Assembly (NCBI GenBank): GCA_036172245.1
Contig: JAYWIR010000013.1
Coordinates: forward strand, 3,038,001-3,102,000
DNA from: Raillietiella orientalis
Lineage: Eukaryota
Reading direction: 5' to 3'
DNA length: 64,000 nucleotides
Under the pieces are notes generated by a model. The model saw only the letters and a program-made list of their open reading frames with translations. It ran no database searches and was not told the origin of the DNA. Of this stretch, positions 1-14,519 are shown piece by piece. Each line of letters opens with the position of its first letter. The stretch's first letter is position 1. The position numbers and the translations under genes were made by a program.

Positions 1-1480
1 GTGAAGTGAAGGATTCTACGGAAAATCTGACTTTTAGCAATGCAAGTGGTTGTGAAGACAAAGAGGAGTGGATTTCAGCTGAGGTAGGAGCAGATGAGAA
101 ACGCATCCACATTGCGCCCATGCGGAAACGAATTTCAATTTTCCATTCGATCATTTCTTCCCTCGTGGTTAATTCCACGGTGTGAAATTCAATGGAACAA
201 ATGAACAAATCATATTGCAGAAGACGGACACTTAGGTATGAAGGTAATTCTCAATCCAGGAGAACCTGCATTCGAAGGTTTCGCTTGTGTCTGATTTTCT
301 TTGAAACACATGGACAAGGAAGGCCACTTAGCTCCAAACATAAGACCGATTCCGCAAAACGAAGTCCTGAAATCGCCGGGAAGGTGTAAGAAAATTTTCC
401 TGCCTCAGGACGCGACCATGGAGGTACTCGGCAACCGATCCGGCTTGTTTGTCACACGCCGATCAGACCGCCGATTCCAGAATGCGAAGATCAGCCTTTT
501 GCCGGGGTCTCATTGACACACCGCATGTAGAAAACACCAGGGAGCAACTTTCCTGCCTATCCCTTTCCACGGAAAGGGTGGAGCATTCCGTTTCTGGCAT
601 TGCGAGGCATTCCGCAAAACCACAAGGGGTAATCCGTGCGGCACCCCTGCAATTGGGAAGCACCACCTTTTGCTGACTCTTCCGATTCCCTCCGAATACT
701 CTTCCGTTTTTGTTTCTCCTCAGACAAAAAAAAAAAGAAACGGTTTTCCCACAAAAAGGGACGATGAGATGACTGAAAAATTTCCATACACGTTTCTCGA
801 GAAAATCCTTTACGTTTGCAGTGCGTTCGCTCTCTCCGGGGACTCCAGCACAAGAAAAGTCCCTTACACGGCTCAACAGGAACGCAAAGCATTTGCACCA
901 TTCCCTGCCCATCCAATGTCTCGCCTGGAAACACCGTGCAACATCTGCACAAGGGTGCACCACTCCGTTTGGTGTGCAAACCCTGTTGATGTATGCAAGC
1001 TTGAAAGCTCACGACAGGATAGCAAAAGACAAGACAGCATTTTCAAAAACTTTATTCCTTCCTTCCCATCGTCCCAGACACTGTGCAACCTGCTCCTCCG
1101 TCATGTATGCCTGGAGGCTTCACTGCTTTTCCGCCAGCGAAGATAGGCAGTGAGCCTAGCAAGCGGCCATGAAACCACTCTGAAATGCTACTTGTGCCTC
1201 CTCCTTGCAGTTTGTCCGACCCTTCTGGTTTCGTTCCTTCTCGATGAGGACAGGACCACATCTTCCACCATTTTCTTCTGCACGCAAAATGGGAAGCAAG
1301 CCGTACTTCTTCGTGATCCGACCTTTTCGTTTAGGGCCTTGTTTTCTTCAGCATCTTCATGTCCTTCCTTGAAAGCACTGGTTCCTGCAGCTCCTTGCTA
1401 GCAACTCATACCCGCCTTGGTTTGCAGTCAAAAAGTGCGATGGGTTTGACCTATTCTGACTTTCGGGAGGTTCGCCTCCA
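1..1480 (-). mobile_element. Degenerate L1/Tx1-type LINE ORF2 relic (endonuclease C-terminus into RT)
   Basis: Across frameshifts on the minus strand: RSDHEEVRL...RKWWKM (SDH...WK), FQARHWMGRE, KADLRIL, FQDFVLRNR, LLD*E, NPLLFVF, in the expected order. Confidence 0.55.
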
Positions 1481-1989
1481 TGAAACGCAGCGGCATTTCA
1501 GCTCAGCAGAATTCAAGGATAGAAGTGGCTCAACCTGAAAGACGTGTACAAACCATTGATTACTATCTGTGAACACATCTGCACCACACAGTTTGACACG
1601 TTCTTGAAAGAGTTGCATCCATCCTACTGCTGCTTGGCTTCCCTTGTGGATACGCTTTGCTGTCCAATTTTCTATTCAAGTGGATGATACCGAAACACTT
1701 CGGAAATTCCTTCGGGGTACGATGGTGCGTGTTTGGGATTCACGGAAGATCAGAATCGCTTTCGAATTGGCTTCTGAAGCAAATACCGAGTCCCGGATTC
1801 ACAGGGATCCGAGTGACTTCCGGATTGGATTCAGTATCCCGTAGGAGATTGCTCCCTCTCAGAACCGGTTTATCTGAAATCGGAAAACATCAAACTTTTA
1901 CGTAACTCTTCACTCCCATTCCGATCCGTCGTCAATGCAGCCGTATCAGCTGATGGGACTGTAGCAGAAGAGAAAGTGGTTGTCACGAG

Positions 1990-3400
1990 TGCAAGTGGGG
2001 TTAACGCAGCCGCCCTTGGCCTTCCAGCTTAGAATTGTTCTTTGATGCGTTTGCACAAATCTGTGCAAGTCGGATAAAATACTCTCCACGTATGGACCCA
2101 CGAGACGCGCTCATCCCTGGAAGCAACGAGCAACTTTTTGGTTTTCCCCTTGTCCCCAAGACTTCCTTTGCTTTCCATCCTCCAAGGACGCGACAAGCAA
2201 ACAACTCGGCCATATCCATCGTATCCTTCGCGGCGGTAGACGGAGTAGGGCTCTGCGAAAATGCAAATTTCCAGATCCGTGCCCTTCTACATACTCTCGG
2301 CAGCCAAGCAAGGTCCGCAGAGCCTTCGCTTATCACACAAAGATGAGAGTGAGTGGCACATGAGCCCTCCTTCTCTTTTAAGGTTTCGATCTGTCGAAGA
2401 CATTAGGAAAGGGCTCAAGTAGCTGGAGCATGGTACGGTCATCAGGTTGTTTGCAACGAGATGCCGATTGGAGAAAAGCTGCACGCAAGCAGTTGTTCAC
2501 GCATTTTCTAAACGGCAAGAAGGCAACCTCGAACGATGGCCTTTAAAATACCGAGCTCTAGCGGAATGCTCCCACCACCATGAGCGCGTGCTGCCCAACT
2601 TCTTCGGAGATGCTTCTCGACCGGATGTGGTAAACTGCCAAACATCCCCATCGGATTAGTCCATGAGCCACTCAGGGTGCGTCTCTAAAAAGATGAGGGA
2701 TGAATCGGAATTACAAGGACTTCTGACATTGTTCTCCATCCCGGCAACCCAAGCTCCTAGCCACATGTTTTCCAGTTTGTGGTCACAAAAGGGAGCCAAA
2801 ATATGCGAGAGGCATGTTTTCAACATCTGTCATCAGTCAGCATTTAAATGAGATGCAATCGAAACTACAGAATGTCTTATGCGCATCACTCGCATCCCGT
2901 CTACAAACCTCCCCTGCAAGCGCGCCAGAACTCCTGGAGTGGCACGCTTCGGAAGAACCAGGAATCCGATAAGAGAATACGGGAAGTTGTTCCCTCCCAG
3001 ACGAAGAAGATTCCTCGCTTTTGGAAGTCAAGGATAGGAAGGAAAAGTTCGCCAGCTTGCGGCAGGCCCTCCGGCGGTAGCGGGTGCTGCACACACGACG
3101 TCCGGAAAGGGGTTACTGGGAGCTGCAGCACCTCAACCGGAAATGGGATCGCCAATCTCTCTGTCGAAGAGGCACGTGGACGGCCGGCGGTGCAGGGGCG
3201 CATCCGGGCAGGGAAGATTTCAAAGCTGGGAAAACTAGGGTACTGAGGTCACACAACCCTTCACTTGGCACGCCAAGGGCAACTCTGGATTTCGGACGTG
3301 CAGGGAAGGGCGATACAGTTCTGAATCCGGGAGCGTCCTTGGGGAAAAGGGTGGCTCAAAGGGAATTGGTCGCTCGCTCGATGATAGGGTGGTCGCGATG
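1990..3400 (-). mobile_element. Degenerate L1/Tx1-type ORF2 3' part (RT thumb to CCHC region)
   Basis: VALGVP (YLG-like), CTAGR, FFVWEG...RGGL, and DLAWLPRVCRRARIWK...ELFAC...W, resembling the C-terminal zinc-binding region. Confidence 0.6.
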
Positions 3401-3509
3401 TTCCTGAAGACGAGGTTGTCTGGCCAGCTTCTGCGACTCTTAAGGAAGCGGAGACGCACACAAAACGGAGATCCGCACCCTGACTGCCTGCAGGCCGAGA
3501 CACCCTACA

Positions 3510-3920
3510 GAGGACGGGCGGAATCGCCGGCCTCGCTGTCGGGCACCAGGAGGACGGAGGGAAAAGTCTCCTGCGAGTAGCAGGCTCGCCCGGCGGTGGC
3601 TGGCGCTGCGCACCCGAGGACGTCCGGAAGAGGGCTGCCGGGCAGTGCAGCGCCTCATCCGACAAGGGAGTGCCAATCCGTCTGTTCGCATAGGATAGTG
3701 GGCAGCTTGCAATGCAGAGGGTTTCCGGAAACGGGAGATTCCAAGGTTGGGCAGGCAAGGATAGTGACTTCACACCTCTCCCCTTGGCACGCCAAGTGCA
3801 ACTCGGGATCTCGGGTGGGGAGGGAAGGGCTTGGTGGGCAGGCTTCTTCTCTGTGGGGAGCCAACGAAAAAAAGGGGGAGATGGCATGCAACGGGTTGAC
3901 CCACCAGGAGGAAGAGAGTG
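3510..3920 (-). repeat. Diverged second copy of the LINE segment at ~2990-3400 (direct repeat, offset ~520 nt)
   Basis: Shared blocks: GACGTCCGGA near 3097 and 3619, CTTGGCACGCCAAG at 3264 and 3783, plus AGGGAAGGGC and GCCAATC in both copies. Confidence 0.75.
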
Positions 3921-5069
3921 CTCCTGTAGAAGAAAAATGCTTGAAATGATGTGCTGTCCAGCTGTCGGTTTTCCGCATGCCCATTCCGCCCACGAGGGCA
4001 GTGGAAGCAAAAACATTACGTCAGCCTATGCATGCAAATGCTGATCCAAAATTCCAGTGTTCGTCTTCCACGAAAAAAGGGCTTCTGAAGACATGATGTT
4101 GTTGTTTTTTTTCCTTTTCTTTTTTTGTTGGTTTTCCTTTCTTTTTTTTTTTTCTTTTTTTTATTTATTTTGTTTCGCGACCAGAAATTTTTCGGACGAG
4201 GATGTTGGAAAAAAAATTGCTTTGTTTCGCTTCAAAACCTACAGGGATGCTCAATTGAGAATAACATGAGCATGGTGGCTCAGTTGCAGATTTCACTTTT
4301 GTTCAACATCCCATTCGCACCCACCATCATTGGAAATCGACACAAAACGAAGACATGACGTTGATGACTGGAGATTAAAACGGCTTACGGGACATTGCGT
4401 TCCCCGGAGAAAAAAAAAGGACAAAAACAAAGGAAGCTGAGGCAAATGGGATGGCAATCCTTTGCGAACAAAATTGAGGTGCAGAAGAATGTAAATCTTT
4501 GAGAAAATCGACCGGAAAAAATTTCGAGACATCAACCTCGTTGTGGGGGGTGGAAAGTATTTGGGGGATGTTTATTTCCGAACGTTTTCGGTGGGAAGGA
4601 TTGCTCCTGGAGAGAGCGGTGGGACGGAAACGGGTGCTCGAGGTGGTTGAATGGATGGATCGAGCAGTCTGACGACGGTTGCAACGGTTCGGAATCGCCT
4701 ACTTCTCGACCGGTTGCTGTCCTCTTCCTGTCTCGAGGGATGCACTTGGATTCTTCAAGTTCCTTCAAATGGAAGGGAGGTTTTCTTTTTCTTCCTGACT
4801 TGGAAGTCATCTTTTCCAATGGACGGACTTCGTCTGTGGTTGTGCACAGCACTTTTCTTCAGCACGCAGCGCACTTCCTGCGAGGAAAGGGCAATGTTTT
4901 ACGGAAAGATGGGGGAATGGAAGGGATCGCAGATCGCCGGAGGGGGTCCTCTGCATCCGACTTTGGATGCGGGCAAGTGCCGGTCGTAATGTTATTAGCC
5001 GGCGCCATCGGGAAGCCTTCTCCATGCAGATGGCTGCCCAGTGAATGACATTCCGACTGCTGCGACCTC

Positions 5070-5990
5070 TCCTAGATGCAGTCCATTTGTTCAGGATTCC
5101 GCGTATGCAGCAGAGAACTGCTCCAAGCGGCTGCTGCGAGAGCGTCCCGCGTCAGGAGGGCACGGAAAATGACCTTTGAGTTACCCATCGGAATGTTCAG
5201 AATCGACGACGGTCGACTCCAAATGGGTCGGAAGGCGACACATTCGATGATTAGGTGCGCAAAGGTTTCCCGGTCCTCGCACCCTGCACAATTGGCATCT
5301 ACACTCCCATGGGTCCAGTGGGAGAGGCGTGCTCTGCAAAGGAGTCCCCAATGCAACACAAGCAGCGTCGTCTCCCGCCAATCCAAGGGGAGGGTGCCAT
5401 TGTTCCAATGCTCTGGGGGTCACCTCACCTCCCCCGGAGGTATGCCCAGGAGCTCACCCCAGCGCACAAGTCCCTTAGGCGGGATACTCGGGGTTGCAGC
5501 GTCCGCTAGTTCTCGAGATGTCTACGCCTTCGAGAGTTCTTTCGTGCCTTCAGTAATGCAGGATACTTCCCACGATGCCTCCTGATGGCTGTCCCTATCG
5601 TTCTTGAGTAAGGGCAGCACTGGGGCCACGGGATTGAATGAAGCTCACAGAAATTTCCTTGGGCTGGAAACGATCTCCCGCAGTTGGCTGTCCAGCGTAC
5701 CTGCCTCTACGGAGGCTGGAATAGTCCAGATCTCTGGAGCCGTTGTTCTTAGGCCACGCGGAAACTGACTCCAGAAGCCAGGTTGTCGAGTTCGCAGGTA
5801 GGCAGGAGATCCACGTGTTTCCTCTCATCAGGGCAACCAAGTCCCGCAGCTGAAAACCACAATGGGGTCGCTGGCCACAAGGATCGAGGTCAATCGGTTG
5901 CAGCCGGTTGCCTCTCGGCGAGGTGGCGTGTTGGGACGCACCATGACGCTCAGTATGAGTGGGTGGATGCAGAAGGAAGGATGCAAAGCT
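5070..5990 (-). mobile_element. L1/Tx1-type ORF2 C-terminal relic with CCHC zinc-binding motif
   Basis: ORF 5072-5386 (-): LHWGLLCRARL...DANCAGCEDRETFAHLIIECVAFRPIW, matching the CxxC-x-ET-xxH-xxxxC-xxxxxW pattern. Confidence 0.7.
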
Positions 5991-6009
5991 AGGAAGTCAA
6001 TTTCAGCTT

Positions 6010-7000
6010 CCAACATACAATCACGTGATACATGATGGTTTGGTTCTGGAATGCTGATGGGTTGAAGCTTTGCATTTAAAGTTGGTTCATGCTCTTCTAA
6101 GTAGACCGCTTCAGAGCGAAATGTGGTTGCTATTGGTTTGCGAGTGATGCGGTGCCTGTGAGGTATACATTCAGGAAATAGGGAGACCCCTAGTTCAGTC
6201 TGTGTATAGCCACGGATTTCATTCGTTGTCCCATTCGTTCCTTAGGCAATGCTGAAACATGCATGCAGAGTGAGTGTGAAGAGGAGAATCAGCGTAATAG
6301 AGAATGAAGCATAGTTTCGATATCGAAATTGAGAAACGAAAAGAAGTCAGGGAAACCTGGATAGAAGACAGTTCTTTGAGGAAGAAATGGAGTGGTCGAG
6401 TCATTACCCAAAGCAGCAGAGTCTTCGAATTGTTTTCGTTCAATGAAGCTGAGCAGTAAGCATTGCGTAATGATTCTCTGATGATGAAGAAAAATTAGTT
6501 TGCTGAAAATATGCGTGGTTGATTGAACCATAATTTGGTTGGAATGCGAGTGATTTTTCTTCCGGTGTTGCGGATGCAGCACTCCGTTGCTAGTGACTGA
6601 GCAGAGCAGTGGGCGTGTGCCTCGAAGAACCTGAGGATGGTGGAGCAGAATGAATGAATGGCTTGATTTCGACCGAAGAGTATCCATTCTTTGGTCTCTT
6701 CTTTCATGTGCTGCACAAGGCTGCTCGGAAAGTAGTGCTGCTTCTTGCTGTATAGTGATAATTTATTTGCAGGAAGTATGCTGAAAGGGTATGATCGTAG
6801 GTACAGGATGAGGAAGGGAAATAGGTATGGAACACCTGTGCAGTGTCTGCATCGAAAGGAAGATAGAGGCAATGAAGTGAGAATTTGAGATAAAGAGTCA
6901 GATAAGGCGAGCAATCGAGTGAAGACCATGGAATGATACCTCAATAAAAGGAATGATGTAACGGGGAATTTAATGAGGAAACATTCTCAGGAATAAGGGA
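6010..7000 (-). mobile_element. Probable Penelope-like element relic (GIY-YIG endonuclease end)
   Basis: Minus strand: VFY/QVS...FDIETMLHSLLR (YIGET-R-L-like), SACMFQH, and FRSEAVYLEEHEPTLNAK resembling the PLE C-terminal EA-YI-x4-P-LN motif. Heavily frameshifted. Confidence 0.45.
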
Positions 7001-7129
7001 CAAATAGGGAAGGTAATGATTAGGGAAGTCAACGACAGAGAAACGCCTTCTTTGAAAAAAACGAAACACGGACTTTTGTAATTTCACTGCACTATTCGCT
7101 CACAAGAAACAAATTGTGTTGAGGAGGGG

Positions 7130-9110
7130 TGCTGCTAGGGTGTGTAGTGTGGACAGTTTGAGGAAAAGTCGAAAAGAATACCGAGTAAAGTTGGTTCCTG
7201 GTGTCTACTGCACTCTTCCGTGACCCCTGCTGCGCCGAGTGCTTTTATTGAAAGTGTGAGCATCTTTCCAAGGTCGCCTTGCCATCGCACACGACCGAAA
7301 GGTGTGCGGTTGCCGCGAACACGAAGGGCTGTGCAGGAATGACTGGTTTGCGCGAAGCTGGGCTGCACATGCCACTCAGAGCCCTTTCCCTGAGACAAAG
7401 GGCTCGGGTGTTCTTCGAGGCTGGTCGTGCACCACCGCTTCTGCGATCCGCGTGAAAGTCACAGAGATGCCTTCCGGCGCACTCCGAATTTCAGTTCTAT
7501 CCGCGTCAGCCAGCCAACTTCCGCACTCGAAGATCCATTCAGACTGTTCACGCGGAGTATTGGCGCCGACCTCACTCCCATTTCCGTCTCAGCTTAACTT
7601 TTCGCAGAGGCATTGTCCCATCTGTAAGGATGTTTTCCCCCTTTTGTTCGCTTCCCGTTTCCGTGTTTCCGAAGTTCCATTGGCACACTTTCCACGCAGA
7701 GAACTTCCTTCGTTGCGATTGCGAATGTCAGCACTCGGCGTGGCACCTCTATCAGCGAATGTGAGGAGACTTCATCAGAATGTTCGTTCGCACGGTTGAA
7801 ATCACCGTTTCCGGAAGGATTCAGATGATTCTCTGCTGATTGCTGATACCATATTGGCATAATTCGGACAAATTGGACTCTCTTGTCTCGCCCCCACAGT
7901 CATGTTCGAAAACGATTCAGAGTACCGGGAATCAAAGTACCATTGACGTGTACTTTCACCCTCCAAGTAGCTGGTTCAATCTGTACCGAGTTCAATCGGC
8001 AATCGTTCTGTAGAGAGGACACAAACAGTTCACGCTCTCTTTTCTTCCAAGAGTGCACGGAGACGAGGACCTCACAGCATCTTTCACACGCTGAAAAAAT
8101 CCTTGAAACTCGTGGGGAAGGTTTCGTTTCGCATGAATCTGTTTTATAGTCATTTCAGATGTTTTTCACAGAAGAAATCGGACAGGCCCGGAATCCAGAT
8201 TTCCTATATAGAGTGGGTTGAATTCAAAGACTCCTGAAGGAACTCAATGATTCCAACTTTGAAAGAAAACGAGTTCATGAGAAGGGATGTTTCAGATTTC
8301 CACCTCCCTGCAAACGTCCACCATTTCACATCCTATTTCTCAATCAGTGCATACCGTCACAGATGACACCAACGTCGTGAGACAGGCCTCCAAAGAAAGA
8401 AGTAATGGCAGCAAAAATCTACCACCAGAGCAAAATGTGGTATGGTTAATTCGAGCATGTTTGCGCACGTGCTGACAGTAGGTATGCGGAAGTACTCTAC
8501 AGAATTCGAGGAGCACAAAGGCAAAGGAAAGAGGGCCCACGCGTCCTTGGGCGAGAGCTCCTGCAATCCTTTGGGGGCAACTCGCGAAATCGCTTATCTT
8601 AAAGAAACAAGCAGGTGCTTCCGGGGAGTTTCAAAGATTGAGCAGAATTGAATTGATCCCTTTGGTATCCGAATGAATACTATTCGCGCTTTTCAATCTC
8701 ATCCAAGAATTTTCAGCAACTCCTCGATATCCTTGGTGGCAACTTTTACTTCCATCCTGTCATCAAAGAACTCGACCCTTGTAAGGAAGTCGCCAAACAC
8801 TGAATACACTATTCCAACACGTCTCCTCATACCGCACCCACGCCTTCCGAATTTTGGGAAACTATTTTTCGAGGGGAATTTTTTCATTTCAGCGTGCTGA
8901 AGAAGGAAATCCTACACGAGATGGAAGCAAAAGAAATTCAAAATACAAAGAGATCGAAGATTGCTGCTCCACCACATTCTTTACATGAATGATTCGCAAC
9001 GAATGTGCCCATTTTGCAAAGAACAGTCAAGAAATGCTCTGCTTGTATATCATCGTCATGCAGCAGCACTCAAGAAAACAAACCAAGAAAAGGCAATTGA
9101 GTAAGCATCA
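7130..9110 (+). mobile_element. Degenerate L1/Tx1-type ORF2 relic
   Basis: GSWCLLHSS, KGCFRFPPPL (QGCPLSP-like), TVTDDTNV (YADD-like), and LLLHHILYMNDSQRMCPFCKEQ near 9000. Confidence 0.5.
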
Positions 9111-9409
9111 CAAAATGGAAATCTGATTATAGGACTAACTGACTATTCACTAATCTCTGTTTATGCCAGGGGTCTGAAAAAATTCACTGATATTCCCACT
9201 TTATTAGTACCAATGAGCTTGCACATTAAGGTGAAGAAAGCATTAAAAAAAAATGTGGGGTATTTCACTCACGCGTTTTTACTAATAACCATATATCACA
9301 ATCTTCTTGTTAATCAGGTAAACATTGAAACAGAACATTTGTTTAGATTCAGTTCTCCGTGGTTTTCAAACTGCAGGTCTCTTCAGGGGATGATGTAGAA
9401 ACTAGGTCT

Positions 9410-10620
9410 TGTTCCCAGTCGCCGCGCAGCCCAGCTCCGAAACCGGCGAGGCCGGAGGGAGACCCGGTGACGGAGATTCCGGAGGGCGTGCAGGCTGCGG
9501 ACGGAGACGAAAGGTTCGCTCCCATCTCCCGTCCGTTGCCTTGCGGCGCCGTCTCCTGCGTGCCCGCCTCGCCGCGTGGCGCGCAAGAGGATGCGGACGC
9601 GGAGTCCCTCCCCTCGGACGACCCCGGAAGCAGGAATGCTTCTTCGCTTACAGCACCAGTAAGGTAGTGATGATCCGTGCGTCCGAGCGTTTTTCCGCAA
9701 GGCAGGAGATGCTCTTCTTCATCAAGAAGGACGCCACCAGGAAGATGCTGGGAGCCACCACCATTCACTCCCTGGACAGCAGGAGGACGACGGAGGACAT
9801 CCCTTAAAATCGAGACCCTTTCTCCTTCGCCTACCGGATGGCACCCGCGTGCGTTAGGAAGCTGTGGGAGATGTTCCGGAGTCCCTGAGCTTTCTGGTTC
9901 GTTTCCAAGGACCGAGGGTCTCTGGAAACGCGAAGTGGAGGAGGAGGAAGAAGAAGAATTGGAAGAACATGTGTAGGAGTGAAAGGAAGAAGAATAACGT
10001 CCTTCAAAGTTCGCCACATAGATGACCTCTCTGGGTTCTGTTTTCCTTCAACTTGCAGGTGACTCGTCGGGACTACAGTCTGCATCCCACCCTCCCTACT
10101 GGCAAGGCTGCGCGGTCTCTTCGATGATCGCTCTCCTGGGCAGCGTCCGTGTGCTGTGCTGCATCAACGCCCGCCACATGGCGGCAAGACGGTTGAGCTC
10201 GAGCGCTCCTGCAGCTCTTCCGCACTTGCCACCGACCTCTCCTTCGCCTGACGTGGAGCGCCCAAAGTAAGAGCGGCGGCTCTGGCGAGAAGGCGCTCCC
10301 GAATAGACTTTCGTCCCGAGGACCATCCAAGTGTAGCGGTGCCATTGCAGTTGCTAGTCTGCTGGAGGCAGCTGCGGAGACGCTGTTTCCAAGCACCATG
10401 ATGCGCGCGGAGGGAGGATCGCTGCTCACGAAAGATGGATAGGAAGAGAGAAAATCACGGAACCTCAGCTCTGCGCGCGCGCATGTTGTTGGAAGATGCG
10501 GTCACGGATGTCATCCGCGTCATCCTGTCGAGCACGCTGGCGAGCGTCTTCGTGAGTGCGGCCGTCATCCTCGTCGATTGGGAAGCAGCGCGGCGTGCAA
10601 GAGCGCTCAATGCACAATCG
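9410..10620 (+). mobile_element. Degenerate L1/Tx1-type RT domain
   Basis: In order, with RT-like spacing: PISRPL, SDDPG, ECFF, FFIKK, WEPPPFT...LKI, FAYRM...FWFVSKDR, CINA, EDH, EGGSLL...RKS, DVIRVIL...VDWE. About 900 nt separate the PG motif from the YLG-equivalent. Confidence 0.55.
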
Positions 10621-10754
10621 TTACCGCACCAATATACACTACAACGTTATCCATTGCTCCAACTTTATGAAAGTAAAACAACAAATACACTATCGTAGTA
10701 TTTAAAGTTGAATGGACCAAAGCTGATACTCATTGGAAATCAAGCACTAAATGG

Positions 10755-10763
10755 CAGGTGAGT
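10755..10763 (+). promoter_or_regulatory. Candidate 5' splice site of a non-coding leader exon of CDK5
   Basis: Perfect CAG|GTGAGT at the edge of the AT-rich island. A matching TTTCAG acceptor ends at 11887, 3 nt before the ATG; it could instead be a trans-splice site. Confidence 0.4.
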
Positions 10764-10947
10764 CTTCCTACGTGTTTTTATCAATTCAGCCACTCAAAAA
10801 TACCAGCCATCAAACTTTAAAACCTTCGGAAAGACCATTCGTAGCCTAATTTTATCGATCATAGGGGTCAAGGGAATATGAGGAATTTTCTGGAAAGAAT
10901 GTGTAAACATTTTCAAATGTTTGGGAAGCTCCGGGCTAACCTTGTTC

Positions 10948-11002
10948 TTGACGCTACGTCTTTTGAAAATAGTTTCAACTATTTTCAGGTGCGTAGTTTC
11001 AA
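10948..11002. repeat. Imperfect hairpin with perfect 11-bp core inverted repeat
   Basis: TGAAAATAGTT-TC-AACTATTTTCA at 10964-10987, extended by CTACG/CGTAG and TTGA/TCAA pairing. Confidence 0.7.
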
Positions 11003-11890
11003 CGAGTAGTCAGTAGTTTTAACCATTCAGTTTGCTTCCAAATAGCTGATAGTAAGTGTTATTGAAATGGAACCAAAACAGATTTGTTTCTGCTGTGATT
11101 TGAACGGCCCGACTACAAGTAGTGCTTAAAGAATGAATAACTCGCTGTTTGTGCATGTGATATATCTGTGTTTCTTGCTTATGTTATATTGACACATGCA
11201 AACAGTTGGCTTCCTTTCTCCGTTGTCAAGCATGTTTTGTCTTCTTGAATGAGAAATGTTTGAGTAATGTCACAAGGATTCTCATTTTTTCTTTTTCTAC
11301 AAGTATTTTTGAGATTGTTTTTTTTTCTTACAAAAGAAAAACAGTCACTGATTATCAATATGTTCTCCCAATTCCTTTCAAATTTAGATATGTGGCAGGT
11401 AATCAATCTCTATCGCACTGTGCTTTCTATTTACATCAAATGTGGATGTTTATAAATATGTATGTATAAATTAATGTGTATTTCCGTTGATATAAATCTG
11501 AATTATATGGTTTTTTTTTCAAACTCTGTTGTAAATCCATAGAGAGTTTCGTCGAGATTATGAGGATCCACTAATCCTGTGACTGATGAATAGAAAATCA
11601 TGCACATTTTCGATGCACAGGTGGCAGTAATGATGGCGATTACTCGGTAAGCGGCAGACAGTGATGGAACGGATTGGGGTCGACGGAAAGATGACGAGAC
11701 GTAAATTTAAAAAGAATCTAAAAGATGCCTCTTTTGCATGAACACCTGGAATGATCAAGTTTCAAATAACTTGTTTACGCAGTGCGTAAAAAGATGTGTG
11801 ATGAAAAGTTGCACACATAACGTAGTCTTTTGCACAAATCTCCCATGTTTTCTGTCCTCCAGTGAATGATAGACATTCGTATTTCAGGAT

Positions 11891-13499
<1,609 letters not shown>

Positions 13500-14519
13500 T
13501 TACACTGATTTAGTCATCAGTATTTATGATAAGGACTCTGCAAATCCATATGCTGATTTGCATTGTAGATCCATTTGGGAAGACACAAATCCAGTTGAAA
13601 TCCAATCCTTTTCTCACATTCCAAAGTGAGCTATTCATAGAATTTTTTAAGGAATTTTGTAACTGTTAACAGTTGATCAGCTCATCCATTTCAAGTTACA
13701 AATAGTTATCTCCCTTCAAGGCACTTTCTTAGAAGCTTTTATTCGTTAGACTAATGCAACCGTAACTTGTACGACTGCAATGTATTAACGAGTTGGGCTA
13801 GGATTTATGATATGCACCTAAGCTAGTTATTGAATGAATCATCTTGCACTGACCTTGACAAGTGTGATCTACAGCTTTACAATAAATTGATCAAGATTTC
13901 TAACCTCATGCTTTCAATTTGTTTCTATTTATGGCCTGCCTTCTATTTACGATTACTTTGTGATCATAAAAACATGCCAAATTCTGCCTTGGTAAAGTTA
14001 CTGTCGTTGCATTTGCATAATCAATGCCTTGATGTTATTCGCTGTCGAAAGTGTTTGAATGTTTCGTGCTTGTTGCACATTTTTGCCAGTGTTATTACAA
14101 TGCTGCCTTGCAATATGAATACCCTGCAATGGAAGGCATCTCAGTTTTTTCCCATCTCAGTTCATCCTTTTTTTTTTATTTGCCTCTATAAAAGAAATGA
14201 TCGGCGAGGACGCTGATATGCCTGGGCAGGACACGCATTGGCGCTTGGAAAATAGAAAAAATTTTTGAAACTAAACTTGAAAGTGATGTTCAGGCGTATT
14301 CCTTTCCCATCGAGTTGATCTTACTTTTGTCACAGGTTTAGTACACTTTACAAGCTTTAGCTTCAGAGCTGTACTTCAGCCATTTTTGAATCTATTACGT
14401 TTGCACCAAGCATTGTAGCTCTAGAAAAATAGGCATCCACCAATAACACTGGAAAGTAAAATAACGAATTCATGCTTCGATGCGAGAAGAATTCACTTTT
14501 GACTGCATCCGTTATGAGT

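Noticed and set aside
5800..5840. Hammerhead-like CTGATGA-GAG-GAAAC on the minus strand near the PLE relic
   Set aside because: No stem II, no NUH cleavage triplet in position, and no stem I complement.
9630..10620. Apparent P2X receptor pseudogene (FFAYSTSKVVMIR resembles the Y-x-T-x-K motif; DVIRVILSSTLA...VILVDW resembles TM2)
   Set aside because: The same sequence yields a fuller ordered set of LINE RT motifs with correct spacing, and the P2X cysteine-rich loop is largely missing. A frameshift-aware BLASTX would settle it.
11576..11621. CTGATGA-ATA-GAAA flanked by CCTGTG/CACAGG
   Set aside because: Stem II is absent and the cleavage site is not UH; not a supportable ribozyme.
13830..14216. 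128-aa + strand ORF after CDK5
   Set aside because: No recognisable domain and a non-ATG start; the opposite strand has faint RT-like remnants too weak to call.
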